A DNA stretch of 20,000 nt, taken from assembly GCA_000165425.1 (NCBI GenBank), contig CT868252.1, forward strand, positions 489,600 to 509,599, in the 5' to 3' direction. Under the pieces are notes generated by a model. That model was not told the DNA's origin and ran no database searches. It saw only the letters and a list, made by a program, of their open reading frames with translations. Of the stretch, positions 1-12,416 are shown piece by piece. The stretch is from Paramecium tetraurelia. Taxonomy: Eukaryota. The translations under genes and the position numbers were made by a program. Within the stretch, counting starts at the first letter, position 1. Every line of letters starts with the position of its first letter.

Positions 1-2334
1 CTTTCGTTTGCTTGATCACCTCATCATCATTGACCCAAGGTTAGATGGCTGGCTGTGCCCATTTTGATAGCCCTTATTTTATATCTCTATATTCAAATCT
101 CTTATCGCATAGATAAACAATACTTAATAATATTATTATATTTTTACCCATAATCATTTATGTGTCGAATAACTCTTCCCATGGCTTGATTAGTAGCACG
201 AATGGCCTATTGAGTATACCACTCAGAGCTCTTTATTCGTTATTAATTAGTAAATTCTGGATCATTAAAGATTTTATCCAAGTAGCCCATTTTCTCTAGT
301 AGATGATTGTCTTATTTAGGAGGATAGGGAACCCCAACTAAAAATATAGCTCTACATAATTCATCAGAGAAATCAATTCCTTCAGCAACCTTTCCTCTAT
401 GGACTGCAAACATGATGGCACCTTTCTTAGACTTTTATTTGTATAGATCAAAAACGTTCTGCATTTCTGCACTTTGCTATGGTTCCCATAAGCAGGCTTT
501 GATTTCACATAACCTAGGTAATAATTTATTATATGTCCATTTGCTTCTGAATTTATTCATGAGACTATAGGATGAGAAAATAACAAGAATTCCATTGGGA
601 ATAATCTAACTTAAGCTTAATAATGTAACACCAAATTTGCTGACTTATTCCTCGTTGTTTCTTTAATTGAATGAAAAATCAAAAGTTTTATGTTAGAAAA
701 CTCTAAGATTTTTATTGAGGTCAATTATATGCTCATTAACTAGTTAAACTTCAAAAGGTATTCTTAATTCACAAGCCCATGATGGCATTGGGGACAGTGT
801 ACCAGATGTCAACAAGATTGAGTATATACTTTTACTGAATAGCCTAGAAAAGGCAAGGGAGGGTTCAAGACACCACATATTAATGGATAACTAATTAGAT
901 TAGTCAAGAATGAAAGACAATTTGTATTGATTAAACTCGTTTTATAAAGAGTTTAATGATAATTTTTATTTCTCTCTTTCATCTTCAACCTTGATTAGAT
1001 CAAAAACATTTTTCATAAACTTAACCCATGATTCAAAATGATAACCTGGAATCTGAGATAATTCACCCATAACTTCAATCAAAACAGAACAATGAATCAG
1101 ATATTTAGCAAAATTATTTTTATTGACTCCTTTTGCATAATTAGTCTAGGAATTCTCAGACCACAATCTAAATGTGTTTTCTTTGTCTTGAGTGTGTTCA
1201 AAAATCATATTTTATATTCTTCGAGCATCTGAAATTAAATATTTCTCATCCTTATCAGAAATGACAAATTCTGGATTATTTTTGAATGATTCAATATATT
1301 AAGCAAATACTCTAATTGTAATCATGATCGATCTGAATTCCTTTAATTCAGTCGGTACTTTAGCTGAATTTAATTTAGCTTTTAATTGATCATAAAAGAT
1401 CGAGACTGATTCCAACTCATCAATCCACTTTTCAAGATCTTTTTCAGCTTCTATTATATTGTTATGAGTGATAAGAAATGAAGAACCTTCTTCAGCTGTC
1501 GACTACACATTATGTGCTTCATCAAAAATCAAAATGGAATTTTCAATTTCAACAACATCTTAAAAGTCTTTCTCTAAGAGGTAATTATATGGAAGCAATA
1601 TGAGGTCTGCAAAATCCAATCTTTATCTCTCGAAATAATAAGGGCACAATTTATTTTTAAATCCAAATTATTTTGCTTCATCTAGACTACTTATCAATGT
1701 ACTATAATTTTGAGCCATAAGTATGAGATGTTCTTTTTTATAAAATTGACATTAATTTGACTTGACTGATTTTCGGCAACTTTAATTTAACAAAGTCCCT
1801 TTAATCGCACTAAAATCACCTCTTATACAATATTAATCCCTTGATCCAAGCATAGAAACATTAGGTTTATAGACGGTCTTCTTCAACTCCATAGCCACTT
1901 ATTTTAATTGAGCATGGGTTCTTGAAGAATAGATAATTTTAATATTCTTAGGCTGATCAGAATTTAATTGATCTTTTCTATTCTTTTTTAACCATGCCAA
2001 AGAAGCACAAAGCAAAGATAAAGTTTTGCCTGTCCCTGTTGGGGATTCCAATCTAATCTTTATTGATTTTAATAATATACAATGCATTTTATTTCTTATT
2101 TAACGCTCTTATCACACTTTCCATATAACTCTTTTAAACATCATATGGCTAATGAGGAAAATACACAGGAGTATTATCCAATACAAGTGAAGCTTGTTTC
2201 TTACACATGTTTCCATCTATTTCAATTTCCTTGACCATCATCTTATGGGTGCGTTCAGACTCCTCATCCAACAGTTGATGATGCTGAGCTTGCTTAGTAG
2301 CGAAGTATTATTGCAGTCCGAATGGAGTTTTCAT
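1..2334 (-). CDS. XPD/DinG-family Fe-S DNA helicase, RTEL1/FANCJ-like (3' end lies beyond the window); introns 2053-2080 (28 nt) and 123-147 (25 nt)
   Basis: Code-6 translation from ATG 2334: [10 protein letters not shown]...VYFPHQPYDVQKSYM (Q motif). After intron removal it reads [22 protein letters not shown] (Walker A), [11 protein letters not shown], Fe-S cysteines (SRDQYC...SC...QC...LCPYY), ILIFDEAHN (Walker B), [54 protein letters not shown]. Codon phase is consistent across both introns. Confidence 0.93.
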
Positions 2335-2973
2335 TTTTGTAATTTTTGGAATCAAATTTGGTTCAAAAATTATTTTTAATTGAAATAACAATTACAATTT
2401 AAAATTAAGAATTAAGCGCTCCTAAATTCTCAGAAATCAATTGTATATGACAGTTTTTCAAATATTTAGAATTGGTAGGTTGGGAATGGAAGGACTTCAA
2501 TTCTAAAAGTAAAAAGTAATAATCCGAAGAATTATACCAAAAATATCATTGGCACTGATTTATTAAACATGGGAGGACTTTTCAAAGCAATATTCATGAA
2601 TGCTAACCATCTTATTAGCAAATTTAACTGTTTAAATTATACTCCAATAAATCTGAAAATCTATTTAATTAGAGTAATCTTTATTAGATTATTTAGAGTA
2701 ATAGGAATAGAAAAGATAAATACTTTTGAATAAAGTAAATTAATTCAAGAAAGATAATTGAATACTACCAATAGAAATACGCACTGCAAGTAATGGTTAA
2801 GAATCTCCTATTGGAGACACTCTCATTATATATTGACTAAAGGATTATTTGAGCAATATATTTTGAGTTCTAAAGCAATCAACCTAACAAAAATTTGAAA
2901 GTAGCAAAATTGATATAGGTTTTCCAGGAATTTTAATTTAATTGATTATAAATTAATATATACTCAATATTAA

Positions 2974-5923
2974 ATGACTAACTTGAAGTTGTTCTAAGTG
3001 ACTGGCTATCAAAATGAAATTATTGTATAAAAATATCCCTATTACTAGATTAAATCAGAATTACCATACATAACCACCTACCTAAAGTTTCATCGATTTT
3101 CATAAATCATTGAAGAATCACCAAAATTTTAGGAATAGGAAGGAAATATCAAAGGAGATAAAAGATGCTCATACATCTTAGGAGTCTTTAAGACTTATAA
3201 TAAATCATTCATAGTGATTGTTGATGAATGCACAAAAGTTGCAACAATTCAGGATCAAATTATATATCACATTGATCAAGTGTCCTACTTTGCCATCGAT
3301 GTAAAACAAACATTTAATTAGAGGACTATAATCCTAATAACAATAAAGATATTTTGGAAAGCATAAACAATCAAAAAAAACTATTGTAATCAGGATTCTA
3401 CTTCTCGCTCTATGGAGATATAACTCTTGCAAGACATTTTTAAAAGTATGAAAATAGTTTTGTTTGGAATAATAAACTCCTAAGCTCTTTTAGAGAGAAT
3501 AAGATTTCCTCTAGTTGGCAATTGCCTATGATCTAGGGTTATGTTGAATAAATAGATTCCTAAATTGATAAATAGCCAGTTACAGTAGTTTTGATTTCCA
3601 GAAGAAGCAGATTTATGGGAGGAACTCGCTATTACTCAAGAGGAGTAAATGATGATGGCCATGTGGCTAATTTTGTTGAAACAGAGCAAATAATTATCTC
3701 AGGTTCAATTTTAATAAGTTTTGTTGTTATAAGAGGATCAGTTCCTTTATTTTGGAATTAAGATGGTGTTAATAGTATAAAACTAACTAGATCAAAAGAA
3801 TTAACATAATCTGCGTTTAGCAAACATTTTAATCTTTTAAGAAGATATGGCAAAATATTTTGCATTAATTTAATGTAAAATAGTAGATAATTAGAATAAG
3901 TATTAACAGAAAACTTTTACTATCAACTCTAAAAGGCTAAATTAGATCATGTTAATTATTAATCTGTTGATTTTCATTCTTTAGTTAAAAATGGTAAGTC
4001 TTCTGGAGTTAATTCCTACATATATTAATATGATTAAACTTTGGAAAAATTTTAGTGCTATTTTGAAAAAGATAGACAAATGATAAAAAAATAAAATGGA
4101 GTCTTTCGAATCAATTGTTTGGATTGCTTGGATAGAACAAATTTATTTATGAGTAAGCTTTGTCTTTATAGTTTGGAGCGAGCTTTAAGAAATTTAAATC
4201 TATAATTAAGTGGTAATAATGATATCCTTAATTCTTTTGATGAGAACAATAAAAAATTATTACATGATCTAATCATAAAATATAAGATTATGTGGGCTAA
4301 TAATGGAGATATGTTGAGTTTCATTTATTCAGGATCAGGAAGTACTGTATCAGAGATGGCGAGAGAGGGAAAAAGAGGTTTTATGGGAATGCTCAAAGAT
4401 GGATACAATAACATCGAGAGATTTTATAATCGCCAATTTGAAGATGATGCTAAACAAAATACTATAAACTAATTATTGTATCAGTCAACATCATAAACTC
4501 ATTTTGATAGTTGGATTGCTCAGTAAGAGAAGCAATTCTGCACATTTAGTGAAATTTCAATTTTATTAATTACATGGAATGTTGGTGGTAATACTCCGAT
4601 AACAAAAGACTTTTTATAAAATATATTACATTTTCAAGAACAATCTAATCCAGATGTTATTGTCTTTGGTTTATAAGAAATTGTTGATTTGAATCCATAA
4701 AATATTGTGATTATGAGCAACGAAAAAACCCTTTAGTTGTGGAATTAATTGATTCAATCTAACTTGTCAAAAATAGATTCCTATACAAAAATAGGAAATA
4801 GTGATTTAGTTGGTTTATATTTAGCAATTTTTGTGAAAACAAATTAAATCTCAAGAATAACATAAATTGATACAGATGCTATTAAAACTGGTTTGGGTGG
4901 CACGTTGGGTAATAAAGGAGGTGTTTCGGTGAAATTTAATTTTGATGATTCTCTAGTAAATATGTTGTTTATCAATTATTTTAGTTAGGATTTACTTGTT
5001 GTCATCTTACATCTGGTAATAAATAATGTCAATAAAGATTATCAGACATAGATGAGATTCATCAAAAAGCCTTTTAAAATTCTAAATAGAAGATTAGTTT
5101 AAAGAACCTCGATTATTCATTTTTTTTCGGTGATATGAATTTCAGAATTGAATTGTCATATTAAGAAGTTATTGAACAAATTAAGAATTATCAATAATTA
5201 ATTTCAGAAGATCCAAATAGCCAGAAAGCAAAAAGAAAATTAGCCCATTTATTGAATTTCGATCAACTTGGAAAAAACAAAAATAAAAATTAACACCTTC
5301 AAAACTATCATGAAGGTAGCATCAATTTTTTACCAACCTATAAATATGATAAAAACTGTCAAATTTATGATACTTCAACAAAATTAAGAATACCTTCTTG
5401 GTGTGATAGAATTTTAGTTAATTGCAAAGAGGAATTGATTTGTTCATAACGTTATTATTAAAGAAATGAATGCTTAGATAGCGATCATCGGCCTGTATCT
5501 AGTTATTATGTTATTGAAATCAAAAAAATAGATAAAGAAAAGTTAGAATCTGTAAAATCTCTATATTGCTTATCATAAATGTAGAATTTTAAGTCTCCCC
5601 CACCTAACTTTGATGTTTCAACAAAACCTTTTCCAACTAAATAATTTTAACAACCTCAATAACCTTAATAATATGGTAACTATTAAGATCTCTCATAAGA
5701 ATCATAGAATGATTAATAAAGAAACTAACAATAACTTAATTTAACTCCATAACACTAATAATAGATTTAAAACACTTAAGATTTTTTGAAAAATAATTAA
5801 GATAAATAATAATAGTATTCTTAATAACATTAAGGCTTCGAATAATATACTTTTGAATAGATGTTATAGTAATAAAAATCTGCCTAATAACAATCAAATT
5901 AACATAAGCTTGATTTATAATGA
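2974..5923 (+). CDS. Synaptojanin/Inp5x-like phosphoinositide phosphatase: SAC1 domain + inositol polyphosphate 5-phosphatase domain + Q/N-rich tail (~965 aa); introns 3301-3323 and 4956-4984
   Basis: SAC motifs [46 protein letters not shown] and catalytic CX5RT in [13 protein letters not shown]. 5-phosphatase motifs [56 protein letters not shown] at 2974, TGA at 5921-5923. Confidence 0.95.
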
Positions 5924-6047
5924 ATTGTATTTTATTATCCAATAATTGAAATAATTTTTGAGTCTTTTAGTTTGGTATTCAATAGGTATATAAATTATTT
6001 AATAAATAACTGTTTATAAATTATCATATTATAAATATAAAATGATT

Positions 6048-9000
6048 TCATAAATTTTTCTCTGAATTTGAAGATACTTAACTTCCAATCAAATTGGCCA
6101 TTCCTGAATTCATTATTTTCATAGTCATCTAAGCTTTTTCTTTCTTTAATTTTGTAACTTAATCTGATAAACACTTGTTTTACTCATTTAAACTTAAATA
6201 TTCTTTATTTAAATCTATTTTTTCTTGCTTTAAACTTGTATTTTATTTCTGTAGGGAGTCAATTTATTATTAAAGGGCAATAATCTTATTGTTCAAATTA
6301 TCACTTATTTGCTAATTTTCCCTTTTGAGCTAATTAATCGTTTATAAATTATTATTGTTTTAATCTTGAAGTGATTAGATTTAACTTTCATATTTTTAAG
6401 TCTATTATATTTTCTCCTTTTTTATTTGATTTAATTATTCTTATAAATTTAAATTTGCTTCTTATAATTTGTAAAGGTCACCTTAGCTATTTGGCTAAGA
6501 GATAGGTTTATCGTTTTTCTAACCAGCAAGTTCCTCTTCTAAATTTTAATTGATCTCATTCAATCTTGATATGTCATCTTCAGTTGCTAGTAATTATTAT
6601 TCTAAATTTTTTATCTTTTATTAGTAAATTGAAAGCTATTTGTTATTAATTTTTATTTAATCATCATATGTCCCAATTCTTAATTCTAGTTCCTTTATTT
6701 TATTTTCATAATATTTTTACATTGAGACAGTTTAATTTTCTGTCTCCTCCACTGTTTTTTATTTTAACTCAAAATCTTTAGTTTTAAGTTAATTTTCTTT
6801 TAGTTTTTATTCTAATAACTTAATTTATTAATCTTTTTCAATGATTTATTTTTCTAAATCAACAGGTTTTTGGTCTCGCCTTAACGAATTTGGTTGTGCA
6901 ATTTAATTGTCTTAATTTTTTTTTTGCAACATTTAAATTTACTGTTCAATGATTTACTTTTATTCTTCGAAACGCTAAATAATAAAATGATAAATGTTAC
7001 TTATTTCTATTCACTTTATTCTTTTAAGGATTAATCATATTTCTCCTATAACTCTTTTAAATTTTGTTCCAATATTTCATTATAATTGATCAACTCCACA
7101 TTTTTAATTTTAAGTTGTTTAATTTACTATCATAATTACTAAAATTAAATACATCCTGAAATTATTATTTTTCACTCATCATAATTTAATCATTTTATTT
7201 TCTTCTTAACTATTCTTCTTCATTTAATTTTTAATATAGTTCTTTTATTTAAGATTCTTTTTTGCTGTCCAGCTTTTAACTGGTTTCTAATTACGATTTT
7301 AATTCTTCAATTTATTATTTTTACTGTTTTATTAAATTATTACTTTAATCTTATTCTCGATTGTTTTTCTCTTCCATTAATTCAAGCTAAGCTTACAATG
7401 TTTTAATTTTATTTTCAAAATCTCTGTTTATTTCAAAAACTTAATCTAAATGATGCAAAAGTAAATCCATTTCTTCTTTTTTATAAGATAATTATTATTC
7501 CAACTATTAAATTCTCTCTGTAGAATCATATGTGTCTGATTTTCGAGTAAAATTTTAAAAATTATTTTAATTAGAATTTCCAATCATAGAATTTAATTCT
7601 TAAATTTACTTAGTAAGAGATAATGTTTTATATTGTGAATCTTTGGTTAGATTTTAATATGCAGCCTCTTAATTTATCATAGCTTATTCTAAATTGTCAG
7701 CCTTTTTTTTTATTTTATTCATTTACTCGACTAAAGTTTTATTTTCCTATACTAAAACAGCTATCTTTTATTCTAAAAATAAAATCGATTATTTTTGTGA
7801 ACTAATTTAAGATTCTTTCTAAAATTAAATAGATGATATCATACATCTTGGCTTATTTTATTTATCTTATCTTCATACAATTATTACAGTTGTTGTTTTT
7901 CTACAATACTGATTTTTTGTACTTCTTCTAGTTTCCCATTTATGTGATGCTAAACCTAAATTTATTAACTTTATAATGTCTATTTGTGAGTTTAATCCAA
8001 TTCAACCATCTATTAACTCAAAATTGTATTATGTTATTTTAACTCATTTATTAGTTATTCCTGTTGTCTTTATTTCTAAGTATATTAATTTATCAGTTAT
8101 TTTGTATTGTTTTCATATTTTTCTAAAGATGTATTATAATTATTCTAGAGCTTTTCATATTCCAATTTCTTTTCTTCTAGTGCTTAATGATACATATTTA
8201 GATCATTGATTCTATCCTCTAAATATATTGGGATAAAGATTACATAAACTTTTTTAGATTTCTTTATTTTGATTTACTACATTATTTATTAAATCTTGCT
8301 ATTTCTGATTATCTTTTTGTTAGATAGCTAGTTTAGCATTAAGATTATTAATAACAGCATCAGTTTCTGTTTTTAAAAGAACATATTATTATTTCCATGT
8401 TTACTCTAAACCATTTAAGTTTTCTTGAGCCTAAAATTTTATTGCTTATAAATCTCTTTAATGAGCTAATTAATTATTAGCCATGATATCATCAAATTAT
8501 CGCTTATTATTTATTTTTTCTTGTTCGTTTAAAATAATTTGCTATTTTAGTTGCATGTTTTCTTTGAGCAATTACTCTATTTATTTTTATTGATCTTTTA
8601 TTTTATCATTTGTTTATTGTAAGGCTACTTTAAGCTAAATAATTAATGTAATGATTACTTCATTTACAACTTATACTAAAGGCTATAGTTAAGCTACATT
8701 TCTTAATAAATCTACATTTTATTCTTTCAAATTTCTGTAGGTTTGATCACTAATTGGACTATTGGTTGGAAACAATTGAACTGGCTGAGGAAGTTATTAC
8801 GGTGGAGTTTATTTTGGTAAAGTAGAAACGCTTTAAACCATTCTATTGTTAGGTGTTTAATTTGGTGTCTGATCATACTAGCTAGGAGGATATTACTGTT
8901 TAACACTTGGTGTCTATGATTATGATTATGATTATGAAGTTGATTCTTGTAATTTTCCGAGTCTATCTAGAAGTCTTGAAATATCACTAAGTTTTTAATC

Positions 9001-9242
9001 AAATTTTACTTTTGAAATTACTTTTAATCTTAAATGATATTTTAAACCTATTTCAATTTATCTTGCTCTCCATTATCTTAGTTTTCTGGTTGATTCATAT
9101 TTGGAAATATTTGCTTGTATTTCTCATCTTACTCATTTTATTGACTAATGATATTTGTATATTAATACTCCTTATTGGGTTATTATTTTTAGATAAGAGC
9201 ACTTAAGTTACTTAGTTTCTCTCCTATTGGCTTTCTTTCCAT
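6048..9242 (-). CDS. Large Gln/Glu/Lys-rich coiled-coil protein of unknown function (~1039 aa); introns 8987-9009, 7127-7152, 6975-7000
   Basis: ATG at 9242 (MERKPIGEKLSNL...) to TGA at 6050-6048. The frame changes are explained by three GT..TAG introns of 23, 26 and 26 nt. TAA/TAG (Gln) usage is heavy and the composition is heptad-like. The middle was spot-checked rather than read codon by codon. No family recognised. Confidence 0.8.
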
Positions 9243-9506
9243 CAAAATAGGAATAATTTTGAAATAATATAAATAAATTTTATATAATCTGATAATTATA
9301 AAAACTATGTTTAATATCAAGTTTTTATCAGCATTTGAATAGAAATGTCTCCATCAATTTAATGATTCTTCAGAAATTTAATTTATATTGGTATGCTAAT
9401 ATAGTGAATTAAATAGTTTACGATATTGCTTACATTCAAATATTTTAAATATTAAGCTCATAAAATTCTACAATATATATTTATTTATAGCGATTAAATC
9501 AAATCG

Positions 9507-10255
9507 ATGCAAGTTAAATAAAAAGTTCTTTGTTTTCATGGATTTGGGACAAACTCGGATATTCTTTCTTATTAATTAAGATAGTTCAAGAAAGAGTTCA
9601 AAGACATTGAATTTATCACACTAAATGGACCTATTCCATTAAATAGGAATGTAAAATTTTCTAAAATAATCAGATTATTATGGATGAAAATTTAGCTAAA
9701 ATGCTTGAGAATTAGAACATTTATAGTTGGATGAGTTTTCTTCATATGAAAAATAATGATATGAATTCAAGTATTTTATAATGCAATATCAAGTTTATTC
9801 TCCCGCTTTTGAAGAAGTTGTGAAAATATTAAAGGAGTAAGGCCCTTTTTTTGGAGTTATGGGATTTTCATAAGGATCTTCTATTGCTGTTAGGTTGGCA
9901 TCAAAAATTGCAGCTGGAGAGGTGGACTTAGGTTATGATCTATAATGCTTTATTTTTGTTTCAGCTTAAGTTAACCCCTTTGCTAACACAGACTCCAAAT
10001 CTTATTTGTGTAGAGTTCCTTCTCTACATTTGATTGGAATGAATGATTTTTTAGTAGATAGGTATGTTTAATGAATAAAATAGATCTTTAGGATTAGTTG
10101 TGCAATTTCTAAATCCTTATGTTATCTATCATAATCAAGGACATAAAGTTCCAACTCTAACTTATGAATAAGTGAAAGAATTATAGAAATTCTTTCAAAA
10201 TCCAGCTCAAGATTGGACAAAAACTGTGTATGTACCTCAATTAGCCAAATTATGA
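9507..10255 (+). CDS. FSH1/OVCA2-family serine hydrolase, copy A (226 aa), C-terminal -AKL; introns 9651-9673, 9771-9793, 10062-10083
   Basis: KVLCFHGFGTNS, LNGP, EQGPFFGVMGFSQG (nucleophile Ser), PSLHLIGMND (Asp), HNQGHKVP (His); ends YVPQLAKL-TGA. Confidence 0.92.
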
Positions 10256-10938
10256 ATTATAAAATGAAATGTTGATGGCTTAAATTATATTTGCATTTTA
10301 AAAAGGTTATAATCTAATTTGAACTTTTTAAGGGACAAAGATGTGTCCTTATAATTCATTTTATTTTTAAGAGTAAAAGTAGCATATTTTTTCTTGACAA
10401 ATTTATCAATAAATCAGATTCAAGGTGTTATAATTACCTTTCTTATTAAGTTCTCAGTTTAATTCTATTTCAAATATTTTCAAATTCAATTGATAAATTG
10501 AAATTTTCATTTTCTTCAAATATTTAGTTATTATTATAAAAACTAGAGTAATTTAAGATTTTAAAATAAAGTAATGATCTTTAAAATAGAATGTTATTCT
10601 ATTCTAACTTGTAATTTACAAATTTTACTTAAATATGAGATTTATTTTACAAGTTTTCGGGCTATAAATAGCAACAATATTATGTTTTAATGCACATAAT
10701 TAGTGTTATAACCTATTTTTAGATTATGCTTATCAATTTGATTAAAAAGAAGTTGCTGAAATTAGTTCACCAAGATAATCTGTTTACTTAATGTTGAAAA
10801 ACATTTGTTAAATCTAATTTTCATTTATTAATTTTTATTTAATGATTATGAGAGTGAGCCAATGTTGTTTCTAATTTAAAATTCCGGAGATCCATATTTT
10901 AAATTCATTATACTAAATTATTTAAAAAAATAATAACT

Positions 10939-11688
10939 ATGGAAGTAAAATAAAAAGTTTTGTGTTTTCATGGATTTGGGACAAATTCAGAACTCTTATC
11001 ATATCAGTTGAGATAGTTCAAGAAAGAATTTAAAGATATTGATTTTATTACACTTAATGGACCTATTCCATTAAATAGGAATGTAAACATTTCTAAAATC
11101 CTATAGGTAATTATGGATGAAAGTATAGCCAAAATGTTGGAGAATAAGAATATATATAGTTGGTTGAACTTTTTGTAATTTAAAAACAATGATATTGATT
11201 CAAGTAAGCTTAAATTAGCTATCTTAGTATTTTCTCCAGCATTAGAAGAAGTAGTGAAAATACTTAAGGAATAAGGACCCTTTTTTGGAGTTATGGGTTT
11301 TTCGTAAGGATCAGCCATTGCTGTTAGGCTAGCATCCAAAATTGCAGCTGGAGAAATTGATTTAGGATATGACTTAAAATGTTTCATTTTTGTTTCAGCT
11401 TAAGCAAATCATATTCCTGAAACAAAATAATTCTTATGTCGAATCCCTTCACTTCATTTAATAGGGTTTAATGATTTCGTTGTAGATAAGTAACATTCTT
11501 GAATAACCATATTTAGATCACTGGGATTAGTAGTGCAATTTCTAAATCCTTATGTAATATATCATAACTAAGGTCATAAAGTTCCTACCTTGACTTATGA
11601 ATAGGTAAAAGATCTTAAAAGATTTTTTGAAAATCCCCAAAAAGATTGGTCAAAAACAATTTATGTACCTAAATTAGCGAAATTGTGA
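10939..11688 (+). CDS. FSH1/OVCA2-family serine hydrolase, copy B (224 aa), tandem paralog, C-terminal -AKL; introns 11083-11106, 11204-11227, 11490-11516
   Basis: Same motifs as copy A (KVLCFHGFGTNS, GFSQG, PSLHLIGFND, HNQGHKVP) and the same three intron positions; ends YVPKLAKL-TGA. Confidence 0.92.
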
Positions 11689-11747
11689 TTTTATATATTT
11701 TTTTTTGACATATATCTTTAGTTATTTAATAACATAAAAAATTATTT

Positions 11748-12300
11748 ATGTAAGATGAGAAAACACTTAGACAATACGAAATCGGTGCAAAAGTAAAGAA
11801 TTTCATTCCTCAAATAACTAATTATTTAAAAATATTGCAAGATTTAGAATTTATTCCTTCAGATGGTACAAAATTAATTAAAAGAATTTCACTTCCCTAA
11901 AATTAAGCTAAAAGCGATAAACAATACCAATTTCATGGCACTAGAAATTCCATGATTACCTTATTGATGATTTGATATTAGGACTAAATTTAAATCTGCG
12001 TTTTAGAATCCTTAGTAAGTTTAACTAAATTATCTGCCTTTAGCTTTGAGATAGAGCACTTGTTTTGAAGTGAATCTATATTTGGAGTAATTATTTTATT
12101 TTTTCTTTAATTATGATGATGGACCTAAAAAACAAAAGTTTGGTTCCAAGATTCGTTCTTTTTATTGTGTTTCTTCCATGATTAAATTGATAGGTATTAA
12201 GGATATCATCAAATATTAAGAGTTCTCAGGTATCAACTAAATTTAATTATATTTCTAATTAATTCAACTAGGAACTTTTTTGAAGTAAATGCATTTTTGA
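11748..12300 (+). pseudogene. Possible decayed gene remnant or short ORF
   Basis: ATG at 11748 opens MQDEKTLRQYEIGAKVKNFIPQITNYLKILQDLEFIPSD..., which stops near 11975. Downstream coding-like pieces lie in different frames and are interrupted by TGA. Confidence 0.25.
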
Positions 12301-12416
12301 ATTATGAAAGCATTTATTTATAAAGAGAAAAGGGTTAAAATTAATATATTTATTCCAAAAAATTATGATTAATATAAGAATATTTATAATGCATATTATG
12401 TATTGTATTTAAATGT

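Noticed and set aside
2569..2898. 109-codon + strand ORF (code 6) between the helicase and the phosphatase
   Set aside because: With only one stop codon, ORFs of this size arise by chance. It has few Gln codons, no motif and no intron support. It could at most be a decayed remnant.
8915..8937. (TATGAT)n microsatellite
   Set aside because: It simply encodes a short Ser-Gln run in the coiled-coil protein.
10256..10938. Spacer between the two hydrolase genes as a mobile element or hidden gene
   Set aside because: It is extremely AT-rich, and I could not identify terminal repeats, a convincing ORF or telomeric repeats.
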